A stretch of DNA of 64,000 nt, taken from Antedon mediterranea (Eukaryota > Animalia > Echinodermata). Positions 1 through 11,468 of the stretch are shown one piece after another. Position numbers and translations under genes: made by a program. The notes beneath the pieces are model-generated. The model saw nothing but the letters and a program-made list of their open reading frames with translations. It did not search any database and had not been told where the DNA came from. Positions within the stretch are counted from its first letter, which is position 1. Each line of letters opens with the position of its first letter. Location: the NCBI RefSeq assembly GCF_964355755.1, contig NC_092673.1, forward strand, positions 2,356,001 to 2,420,000, in the 5' to 3' direction.

Positions 1-3000
1 AAATGATTGTTTGATTTCTTGAGCATGCCGACAAATAGGCATGTGGACAGACAGTTGTGTAAATACGCAATTTTTGTTGACAATAAGTTATTGATAAAGA
101 ACTAATATTAGCGGAGTGATAAAAGATTGATTTTTATATTTGTTTGCCACCGGGGACTACTACGTTAAAAGGAAGAATTACAGAAACAACTCTATTTGTT
201 TGTCGGAAGGGAAGATGAAGGGGCAAAAGATATTTGTATTAAGAAGACCGATGATGCATAGATTTTTCGGGATGGTTATTTGTGGTGATTTTGGTGCTGA
301 CTGATGTTGAACGCAGCATGTGGCTAGGAGAGAGAGGTTTAGGAGCGACTTCTTGCAAAGTCGATGAGAATTCCAGATGTAGAGTAGTCATGCTTCTATA
401 GATAAGCAAAAATGTTTAGATGTTTTTAGGAAGACCAGTTAGCAAAAACCACAAGAGTTAGTTTGCTCTTCCGGTTACCAAATAAAGATTTGGTTTGTAA
501 ACGAAAGTGCTCAAAATATCAATAGTGTGAAATAGATGTTTCAGGTATGATTCAAAATACATGGCTCCTATTGATGCCATGCTTGTATTTCACCGTGCTT
601 TAAATCAGTTTTAACTAAACAAAAACAAATAAAAATTCCATCGTGTTTACCATTCATGATATCATGTGAAGAGAAAATGATTTCAAGAGTTTCGGGTAAT
701 ACAATTTTGGGCTTACATACCAGATTCTGCTGTGCATGGCAGAATTTTAAAACCCCACAACTTAAATTGGTTTGCCCTGTATCAATCGATAGGGTAACAT
801 ATTGTATATGACCTGACCCCTTGATTCAATAATAATAAATAAAATGTTAATGTTATGCTATTGCATCATGTGTAAATAATTTGTTGACTGGATACCATGC
901 TTTAAAATTGTTGTGTGAATTTAATACTCTTCCAGTATCCAGTAAACTTCTTACTAATTCAATTAAAATTTCATTTCAAATATGGATATTTATCAAAATT
1001 TGTTCCAATGACTGTCCCTTCAAATGTACGTAGGAAATTTTACAAGATCAAGATTTAATGTTTTATTATCACTATTCAGTGGTTGAGAATTTATTCTTGC
1101 CCAGGAAAGTTTTTTTATTGTATATATTAAACAACACACTGTTTTGTTATTGAAATATGTTGAAGCTTGTTTTCACCATATCAAACTCATTGTTTAGTTT
1201 GAAAAGGTAGGCATACATAATTACGACATACATTTGTCTGACAAGCATGTAGGTAGGGATGATAATGTAGACTGTATTTAATATATACAGCTCTACTTTT
1301 GTGGTTTTTAAATATTCAACCAATCAGAGCACAGAGATTTTGCAGACAATACTGTAAAACCATTCAAGATCAGATACATTGAGCATGGCCTGGATCATTA
1401 TTATTTACTAATTATTTCACGAAAATCATTGTTTTATGGAATATATTTGGCAATCATGCTCTACAAAAATAAAAGCTTAAAGACAAATCAGTTGGTGCCA
1501 AACTGGGGAGCAAAAGGTATGTTTATAAAGCTAGGCCTAAACTATATCAAATTGATCTAGGCCTAGGCCTAAGCTAGGCCTAGCTAAATTAATGAAGGGG
1601 ACTTGGAGGCTGTTTGACCTGCCTGATAAATGTATATATGTGGTAATTTCTCATAGTGTATGCCTGCCTACAGATTTTCTTAGATTCAAAATACAGTCAA
1701 GCCAATTAAATCAATGGTTTCAATAGATCAATATGTACATTATTTCAACACAGGTATTTAAAGGATAAAGATTGCATGAAGGCTAATGCGTTTTTTACCT
1801 GTTTGTTTCACTGCATGCTAATAGTATAAACATCTTATGTATGAAATTATTTATAGCTACCTCAGAGGAACACGTAAATGTTTTAAATAGCCGAAGTATA
1901 AGCAGATGGTATATAAATGGGATTATATTCTTAAATGAGCTGGGCTCTGTTCTAACTGTTTTTATACCTGGACTGAAATGTTTCAAAGGGTTTAATTGCG
2001 ATGTAGCGGGGGAAGGAAGAAGAAGTAGTGGTATGAGTTGGGTTTGAAAGTTGGAACAGCCTCAAAATTACATTTCAAAATTGTCCAAAACTTATGCATT
2101 CTTATTAAATGTAGTATTTTGTTTATTAAAATCTTGTAGTAATTATTTTTCCATGTTTTGTTCAAGAAGATACCAAAACTAATTTGTGTAAGCTAACAAG
2201 TTCTTCCAGAAGGGGTATTATATTAATTTTCGATTTGTTGTCATCTCCCAAATAATGTAACATGATTGTATCTTTGTAATAATGTCAATATAGATATCAT
2301 ACCAAACTGTGACAAATAATTCAGCTGTTAAGTAAACATAGAAAGTCTTTTCGTTGCTAACTGTAGATTGTACAGTTTAATTGCATGTTCATAAAATATG
2401 TTTATATTTATTATACACGCCCTAAATTTGGATGATCTGCAATCGTATTGGTATTCTACGTCTACCAAACAATGGTGTATCCGAAGTTAATTATATCGTA
2501 AAAACAATAATTTAAGTACATATGCAAAAATGTTTGTTTTATGATTGGAAGTATATATTTCACAATATATGGAATATTGTGGCCAAAATCTATTCTATAT
2601 TGTTTTATCAATTTACTTTGTTTACAAAGAAGTAAATGCTGGATTTCTGGGATTGTATATTCACCATTTTTCTACAAATATATTCATTACCTTGTTTAAT
2701 GATGTTTGTATTTGTATTCCAGTTGTGTGGGGAAAAAACCGTTTAAAATGCCTTATGTTAATTGTAAAATTTGCGCGACTTCAAACACCCTTCTCCCGTA
2801 ATTGTGTAGTTTAGAAAATATGTTTGTAAAATGAAAAACAAAAAGACAAAAAAATACAGAATTAAAGCATAGTATGTCAAAATTGTGATCTTTGTAAAGA
2901 ATTTTGAAATTGTTGATTGGAGCAAATATTCTGGAGGTCCAATCTTTGTTCTTTTATTTTACTCCCTTACCCCCCTCCCTCATAATTTGTCATAGGTAAC

Positions 3001-3240
3001 CAAATTAATATTAATTTTGTATTACTGTTTTCTGTTGTCTTAATTAAGGGGTTTGATTTAAGTAGCCTACTATTAACTGTTGAGTTACAAAACCCTTTGA
3101 TTATTTTTATCTTTTTTATTTTCTACCATGTTTGCAGTAGTTTCTGTACAACAGGTTAATTTTAGTAGCAAGTAGATGAACTAGGTATGATGTTGACACT
3201 TTGTAGGTTTTTCAATAAAGCTTCCAAAAATGGTGTTAAA
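1..3240 (+). other. Probable long 3' UTR of an upstream gene, convergent with PUS1
   Basis: No credible exon. TG/T-rich, free of recognised transposons, ending at AATAAA 3214-3219. Inference only. Confidence 0.35.
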
Positions 3241-3947
3241 ATGTGTACATTGTGTTTCTGAACATATTAAAGTCCCCTATTCAATATTTGGACTCTTTCA
3301 TGATGTAGTGTAACCCAGTGGCGTAACAGCTATGAGCATTCACTGGCTAAACCCAGGGGCCCCGGAGCTTATGTCGGCCCATGAGCAGTGCCCAGAGGCT
3401 AAAACGGCAGAGGTCTCCAGCGTTGGAATTTGGAAGGCCACTTAGGTTTCCTAAACCAGGGGCATCAGGCCTCTTGCATTATGCCACCGACCTTTCATGA
3501 AGCAAAATATTTATTTTTTTATTTTTTGTTTGTCTTTAGGCTTTACCAATAGTAAATTAATCCCTGTCCTGTCAGATAAGTGGTAATCCATGATACAGTT
3601 GATATTTTGGGAACTAATTCACCGGATTAACCTCCCTACTCGTCTCGAATGATGAACTGGGTTCTTATAAAGTGTACACTGGACCTACCAGTTTATAGTT
3701 CTTTATGTTTCACCATCAAAACTAGGAGAGTGTCTGCCTTGAACCTACATTAATGTTGTTGGATATTCCGCCTTATTTTAGTAAAAAAACTACCTTCATA
3801 TACAAAAGATTGTATTGTATCCCCATTGTAAGACACTGGATAGGTCCCCTATTCACAGGACTCTTTCATGAATGTAGGTTTTCAACAACAAAATAGAATA
3901 GATATGTAGAGATTATAAGAAGGCACTAAACTTGTACACAAACAAAA

Positions 3948-4310
3948 TCAATCAATCAATCGTTCGATTTATATAGCGCCATTCCAACATTCATTGCTCA
4001 TGGCGCTGTAAAAAAAAATCAGAAAAGGTGAGTTTTGAGTAGTGACTTAAAGTGACTCAATAATGATGTGTGTTTAATGTTCAAGGGTAGGTGGTTCCAG
4101 AGCCTAGGTCCAGCAACACTGAAAGTCCGATCTCCCCAACTATGTTTGCTCCTTGGAATGTCCAGTAGCACCTGATGACTAGATCTTAGTTCTCGCTTTC
4201 CCTTCTTGACTGTCAACAATTCTGAGAGATATTTTGGAGCGCAACTGTTTAGGCATCGGAACACCAGCAGCAGGATCTTAAATTTAACACGCGACTCCAT
4301 GACTCAAAAG
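3948..4310 (-). mobile_element. 5'-truncated LINE (L2/CR1-like) 3' end
   Basis: ORF 4019-4300 RVKFKILLLVFRCL..APKYLSELL..FSVAGPRLWNHLP..FKSLLKTHLF* is a typical ORF2 C-terminus. It is followed by an AGCGCCAT..ATGGCGCT stem-loop and a (GATT)n tail. Confidence 0.85.
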
Positions 4311-4327
4311 ATGGGCAACTTGTATAA

Positions 4328-4541
4328 AGCTCTGTCTACACTATCAAACTTTACGCAACAAAAAATGTGATGTGCCCAAATATGATTGATTGATTGAAAT
4401 ATATATTTATACTGGGTAACCTCTTCAGTCAATGACTGGTCTCCCAGAGGACCCAGTATGGTAGTGATATGACATCATCATCATGTCCATATATAGGCAC
4501 ATCACACTTTTGTCACAAAGTTTGATAGTGTAGACACTGCT
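4328..4541. mobile_element. MITE family A copy with a nested SINE-B 3' fragment (4385-4456)
   Basis: TIR AGCTCTGTCTACACTATCAAACT / AGTTTGATAGTGTAGAC. TATG is repeated on both sides of the insert. Confidence 0.8.
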
Positions 4542-4664
4542 TGTGTAAGGCACTGGATAGGTCTCCTATCTATTATTGTGACTGCCTTGATAATCATCAA
4601 GAAATATATATATGAAAGTCTAAGGTAAAACAAAAATACAACTTTTTTTAATGTAAAGTGTCCC

Positions 4665-4670
4665 TTTATT
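4665..4670 (-). promoter_or_regulatory. Candidate PUS1 polyadenylation signal AATAAA
   Basis: tttatt on the + strand, about 300 bp beyond the PUS1 stop codon. Confidence 0.5.
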
Positions 4671-4974
4671 GTATTGTTACAAACTTGAATAAATCAAGAT
4701 ATGTTTACTATACATATCTATAAATACAATACACGACTTGTTTTGAAAAGGTTCCAACTTGGCAAAATGAAATATCGGAAGAGTCATCAAACCATAAAGG
4801 GGCGATGGGACTGAATCATCAGAGGGTCTCCAACTACCATCACAGTGAGGTGAGGTATGGAGGGGAAAATCATGTAGAGGTTGAGGGCTACACAATTTGT
4901 ACATCTGGCCTCGGTGAATTTCCATCCATAATTCACAACTATTGAATATTTTAGACATCTTCATAAGCACTGTA

Positions 4975-7900
4975 CTACCTAGCACTTTTTTCTTTTACTT
5001 GTAACCTCTCTTCCTCATCTGTAACATTATCTTCATTTTTTGCAGTTTCCTCTGTCATTGTTTCTGTTGTGTCTATATTTTGTTTGTCTGCTGAACTAGT
5101 AGGTATTTCCAATGCTTTAGAGTCTGTATCTGACTTCTCTTCCATCTAGAAGATTAAATAAAAGTTTATTATTTATTTACAAGAAATTTGATTTGTTGGA
5201 AACTATTCCTAAAGCTCTGTCTACACTATAAAACTTTATGTGATGTGCCCTTATATGGACATGATGTTGTCATATCACTACCATATTTGGGCAGATCAAA
5301 TTAGTTTGATAGTGTAGACAGAACTTTACACTCTGTCATCATTCAGGTAATAATAGGTAATAATAAAATAGAGGTCACAGGAATTTTAACTCGGGGTACC
5401 CGAGTCTAGGACTCTCTCATCTTCTCCTCTTCCATTTCCTCCATCTGGACACTATTGAGTAAAAAGTGCGATTTATAAAGTGCTACTCCTCCCTTATTCG
5501 TAGTAGTATTGAGCTGGGATTTGGCATGAATATACTACAGGGACATGTCCTCAAAGCTATAGAGCCGGATTTTTAAATTTCAAACAGGATGCAGCCATAT
5601 CACGTCTCGAAGATGGTACCGTATTAGGTAGCTGATTTTGATGTGTATGTGACGTCATCCCGTCTTATGACGTCATTACAGCTTCTTTTGCTGTACCCCG
5701 AGTATCGCACATTCGTACTTGTTTAAACAAATACCACCCAACTACAATTTTTTTCTAAAACAAATAACCACCAAATAATAGAGGGCACTATTTAAATAAA
5801 GTTGGCAGGTATACCATGGATGTGTGAACTTCTTGCAAGTCTTTCTTAGCCTTTATCAGCTTTCCCCCTAATGATGTATTTGCATAACTGTGATATAGTA
5901 GTGTTCCTAGCCATGTCATCATACTAGTATAAAACTATTAAGAAAAACAATATTGGTCAGATGTGCTTGCGAAAAAATTACCATAGTAGCATTTTGGTAT
6001 TTTTCTTATTTATTTTTTATTTTATACGCATCCTAAAGCGAGTAACCCGCCAATTACAGGATGGATAAACTATTTAATAATTTATAAGCTACGTATCATT
6101 TGAGGCTTAGGAAGTGGAGTTGAAAGAGTCGAGAGTTACAACCCTAACACTAGGTCAGGATTGAACCCCCGACCTTGGGATTGGAAGGCAAGTACATTAA
6201 CCACTAAGCTACAGCTCCACTAAAAACAATACACAAATAGAAATATTGTATGAAGGATACGTATTCTCTGCCTTCTCTGTTGATATAATTGTTGGATAGA
6301 TGAAATCTGTTTTAAAGGCTTCTACTTTATCCTGAAATTATCAAAGAAAAGTCAACAAAATATTTATTAGAAAATAAGATGATATAAAAATTGCGTGTTC
6401 AACATGAATTTTATAGTTTGCATCCTCCTCTCAATGTAGGCTGTAAATGTAGACTCTCTGCCAATCTCCCTAATCCTAAAGGCTTATTTACACAGAAGAG
6501 TGGTAACGGTAACACAAATATAAATGTTATTCCTTATGACCATTTCCAAACAACACTGGCGGTTTCTGCTTCTAAGTAGGACAAGCTACGCGGTTTTCCT
6601 ACTTACAATTACCACCTGTCATAAAATGCTACCATAGACACTATTTATTCTCAATACTGTAATTTCAGCTTTGATGTGTCTCTGGTCTAATTCCTTATAT
6701 TCAATCTATGTTAGACCTTAGTGGAGAAATTATGTTCCAAAAATGGGAAAGAGATGTCAGTATATACCAAGTAAAGTAATTTGTTAAACATACCTTACTC
6801 TCGTCCCATGTCAAAGCTTCATGCATTCCATCGCTCCCCCATTTTTCATTATAATGATCATAGTGCACCTGTAGTTTCATTCAAAAATAATAAGTTTTTA
6901 ATTTTATTTATTATTTAAAAAAATACTGTCATCTGATAGTTTTGTTTACCTTATAGTGATTTGAATCAAAGTTATGCACAGCAGAATTAGTTCATTTATA
7001 GTAAAATGTACAAGAATTTTTGAAATTGTTATTTTATTTATACTGGGTAACCTCTTCAGTCAAAGACTGGTCTCCCAGAGGGCCCAGATATGATCCGTGG
7101 CTTTGAGTGTACTAGTACACCGGGGTGACCCCCTACTCATCTCGAATGATGTACTAGTTTCTATAAAGTGCACATGAGCTAGATGCGTACACTGGACCTA
7201 CGGTTTGTAGTCCTTATCCGAGAAGACTTGTTCTACCACCAGAACCATGGAGCGAGTGAGCCTTGACATAAGTTTGTGAAATGAAAACTAGTATTAACCA
7301 CATTAAGCAACACACTCCTCAGATTTGGTGTAAGGTTCAAATCTGTAAAATTATTATTCGCAGGTTTTAGTGTATGGACTGAACTGGAAATAATACTCAC
7401 ACTTTCAAGGACTAGGCCAAGACCTGGGGCCTTTGGAATGTCTAACTTATCTTCTTCGAAGGCCTTGTTTATTACTGATTCATGTGCCAGGCCTCTCACC
7501 ACAGCTAATATTAAGCCTGTTAAAGAAACAGGAAATGGTGTTATAACATATAGCCTACAGTAAAAAGACTGTTCTAAAAGTTAAAATTCTCCTATCTAAC
7601 TGAACACCATTTAAGGGGTTCAAATTTGACATGTGTATTGACTTAAGTGAAATACATAGTATTTGAGGGAAATATCCCACTTAAAAAATATCTTTCATGT
7701 TTGTAGTTTGTACAACTATTTCATCTGACATAAGATGCATTTATTCTCCTATATATACTACTGCAATCAAGATTTATTTTTTCGAGTATTGATGGGTGAA
7801 TAATGACTAGAAATATTAGGTTCAATAGTAACATGTTCTTATATATATGTTATTTAACCCATGACCTCACAATACGATGGTGAATAAAGAAAAACATCGG

Positions 7901-10704
7901 GAATTCCCCTTGCACTTACCAACCATCTTTCTGATTTGATGAAGCATAAAGCTTTGACCTCTGACCTTTAAGATCGAGAACTCCAATCCATCTTGTATGA
8001 ATGGTTTGTTACATGAGAAATCTTTTATATAACGAAAAGCACTTGGGTCGTTGAATTTTCTGTGGGAAATAACAAATATTTATATATAAACAGTTTTTTT
8101 ATCAGTGATTTTTTTTTACTCATTATAATTGAATAAATTATATTAACTTACTTGCCCGATGTAAAATTATGAAAATTCTTTGAACCATGGTAATATTTAA
8201 GTAAACTGTTTACTCTGTCAATAGTTTCATCTGCAATACAAACAATATAAATTATAATCAATTACAGTGTGTATATAGAAGCATTTAATTTATATTTTTT
8301 CAAACTTAGCCCCAAACAAATTTTAAGTATAATCCAACACCACTTGCATACAATTGTCGAGAGAACGGTTGTACACAAGCACCCTAGGAAAAAACGTACA
8401 GTCATTCCTTGTGGATGACGGCCATCACGCAAAGCATAGGTCACGAATAGGAAAGTAAAACACCTACCATTTGATCTATACGCTTCTACAACGATTTCTT
8501 CTGCTGGTGAAAACGCAAAAGTCGGGCAAACATAAATATATGTTCGCATTCCACACTCACGTCGAGAATCAAATCTACCCATTGTTCTCTTGATATCTAG
8601 ACATTCAATGTAAACAATAAGAAATTGGTTTACCTTTGACTCGAAATGCGTCGGTAGTGAATTGTTCGATGGGCTGGAAAGCGAAGGTAGGAGTCATGTA
8701 TGAATATGTACGGTAGTCGCAGCGATTTTTACTGTCGAAACTGTTGATCACTCGTTTATAATCTATGGCGAAAAAAATATGAATTATGATAACTTGTAAT
8801 ATTGTTGAATGTATTGTATTTCATTTTTTAAAGAGTGACCACATTATCAATTTCGTTTAAAAAGGCACGGAAATCACGCGATGCCTATAATTCATTGGCC
8901 AGCCCAAGGTTGTCAGGTATTAGGATAGTTGACTGTACTCAGTATATTAATTAATTAATTAAATTATTGGATGAGATATGATGATGGATGATGTCTCGAA
9001 TGGTAACAACATACTACTATTACTGTACATACATTGGTATTATTGCATATGTTGCAGTTGTCCAGAATTCAAATGGACTTTCTATTTCAGTTACCTAATT
9101 TAAATCTCTAATACCGACACAGAGCGGCAAAACTGGTGGTAGTCACTGAACCATGATAGACCATAGGTTTCCTTTGGTCCATGGTTTGAATCCCATCTCC
9201 ACTTTTGGTGTGTTCCAACTTGCGAGTTGGAACACATGTGTATATTGTAGCCCACCATCTTTTGGATAAGCCATGCAACATTACTTATGTGCATGTTAAA
9301 AAAAGTAGTACACTCTTTGAAAAAGAGTAGAACATTTCCCAACTCACCACCAGAAGGACCCCACTGTCTACACTATCAAACTTTATGTGACAAAAAATGT
9401 GATATGCCCCTATATGGACATGATGTTGTCATATCACTACCATATTTCAAATATGGTAGTGATATGACAACATCGGGAATATCACTACCACATTTTGGCA
9501 CATCACACTTTTTTTGTCAAACTAGTTTAATAGTGTAGACAGAACTTTAGTGGGCTATCCTTGGTGTGTATCACCAAAACACCACCACCACATACTGTGC
9601 AATACTACTGTACTTACCCATTACACGAATTTGATCTGGTAAGTGTTGATTAATTCTGTCAACAACGTCATCTAATAGAAACATCTTCATGGAGACAACT
9701 TGGCCCGCGGCTGAAACTCCTTTATCTGTTCTTGCGCATCGTTGGAATGACATCTTTCCAAGATGTTCCGCCATGCTCTCTGTCACTGCCTCCGCTTTTG
9801 TCATTGCTTTAAAAAGTTCTTCCTCTATCGTTTTAACCCCCTTATTACTATACATGGTAGGATACACAAACATATAATATATTTAAATATTAGAATATTG
9901 GTCACATTTATCTTTGTACATTATAACATCTCCATGTTAAAGAAAAGTTGTTGTACGTTGGAACGTTCCCACATAAGGGCGTGGTTGCGGACTAGTCCAT
10001 TATGGTCCAGGATTATCCAAGCCCCCCTTGGGAGAGCACAGGCTATCATCGGTTTATCAATGTAAGCTAGGCATGAAATAGACATTAAAATGTTATGTTT
10101 TACCTACTCAAATGTATATTGTACTTTAAATAATTCTGTAGTGGGATACAACTTATGACCTTCAGATCATTAGCCTAGCGTTCACACCACCAAGAATTGG
10201 ACAAATTGTTTACTTACAATTGCATACCCTTGTAGCCAACTCCAGAATAACTCATCAGAATAGCCACTTTCCTTTTCATGTGTTTCTTTGTTTCATTTGT
10301 AGCTAGCGTTCCATCCTATAAATGAGAATCAAGACAATACATCTTTATACATATCTTTTGGAAACCCCTATTTTATGTTAGTTAGTATGGTACAGATAGG
10401 CTCAAACCCATTCTTCTTACATACCAAAAGTAAATTATATACAATACAAAATGAGTGGGTATCTATGGTAATGTTATATTCAAGGGACATGGAATAGAAA
10501 ATAGTAAAAATAATCCAAACATTTCTTTCAGTTCATTCAGATTTTACCGACCTCAGTTTTTTGTTTTTTTACATCGAGATCTTCATTCTTTTTCTCTGCT
10601 GGCCTTTTTGCAGACAGTTTATCGATATCGATGACCTCTGACATTTTTGTTACAGATGGCAATATCTTAAACTGCTGCAGTAACTTTTGAACCTTTCGAA
10701 GCAT
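4975..10704 (-). CDS. PUS1: tRNA pseudouridine synthase 1 (TruA family), spliced, ~456 aa
   Basis: Exons 10704-10552, 10315-10218, 9847-9618, [8762-8634 or 8596-8468], 8230-8152, 8059-7920, 7516-7401, 6868-6794, 6331-6261, 5923-5815, 5145-4975. All GT-AG and frame-consistent. Motifs [21 protein letters not shown] (catalytic Asp), [39 protein letters not shown]. Confidence 0.95.
5213..5325. mobile_element. MITE family A copy
   Basis: Family A TIRs, flanked by TAA/TTA. Confidence 0.8.
5386..5724 (-). mobile_element. Non-autonomous Helentron/HINE-like element (family C)
   Basis: Inverted homologue at 58667-59013. One end is ACAAG, the other a palindrome ACTCGGG..CCCGAGT next to a T-run. Confidence 0.6.
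5924..6260 (-). other. U12-type (minor spliceosome) GT-AG intron of PUS1
   Basis: Donor GTATCCTTC; branch-like TTTCTTAAT about 12 nt before the AG. Confidence 0.75.
6010..6222 (-). mobile_element. tRNA-derived SINE inside the U12 intron
   Basis: Minus-strand head TAGCTTAGTGGTTAA (A box)...GGGTTCAATCC (B box), with an A-rich tail. Confidence 0.6.
7027..7263 (-). mobile_element. SINE family B copy (5'-truncated)
   Basis: Closely similar to 32298-32532. Confidence 0.8.
8468..8596 (-). CDS. PUS1: PUS1 alternative exon B (129 bp, phase 1-1), paralogue of exon A
   Basis: tctag|AT...AATG|gtaggt; encodes [43 protein letters not shown]. Confidence 0.85.
8634..8762 (-). CDS. PUS1: PUS1 alternative exon A (129 bp, phase 1-1)
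   Basis: catag|AT...AAAG|gtaaac; encodes [43 protein letters not shown]. Confidence 0.9.
9363..9546. mobile_element. MITE family A copy
   Basis: Family A TIRs and internal 21-bp unit. Confidence 0.75.
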
Positions 10705-11468
10705 CTACAACTTGTCACTCCAAGACCGTATATATGTTCACAATGTTTTCTCCACCTAAAAAAGTGTAGAAATCATACAATTTTGTAATCTATCTGTCAG
10801 AGTTTTCATGAGGCACTCAAGATTTAAATGTCGCTGAATATAGGACAAATGTGCAGTATGGGTTTGGTCCACCAAAACTGTGAGGAATTAAATGAGAAAG
10901 CAAATTACAATGTTCTTGTATCTGTACAGCTAGTTTCTAGGTTGTCAAAAATTAAAAACTCTCTTAATTCTTCTGTTCATTAACAATCATTATTATCATC
11001 ATCATAGTCTAATTATCAACCAGTATCATCATCATTGGTATAGTACCAAAATAATCATCATTGTCTTTATTATCATCAACATACAATGAAAAACGTTTCC
11101 ATTCTGTATTATCCATTCTGTATTATCCTTTATAATACCAAGGTCAACGTTAGATTATGGTAGGATTTTATGGTCAATATTAGCAAATTTTATTAAGCTC
11201 ATCAGCATTGCAAGCTAATGAGTTGTCATAATTATTATCATCATCAAATAATATAAATATATAACAAATATACATAATTCATATTGTCCGCAAATTGTAA
11301 ATTTTATTCTGTACAAAAGGCCTATTAATACAATGCTACAAAGCAAAAAAGTATCTGAAAAATTATCGCAAATTTACAAAAATGTTTTGCATAATCAAAA
11401 AATGTAACATCAAAATCACTTGATCATTGAAGATAAATAAAAATTGCAAGAACTTTTTAGTTTTAAAT

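Noticed and set aside
6140-6222. tRNA gene
   Set aside because: Degenerate cloverleaf that continues into a body and A-rich tail, so a SINE head. The same applies to 32520-32589 and 62490-62560.
8262-8582. 106-aa ORF as a separate gene or pseudo-exon
   Set aside because: Only 8468-8596 is PUS1-homologous and splice-bounded. The rest is intron read-through.
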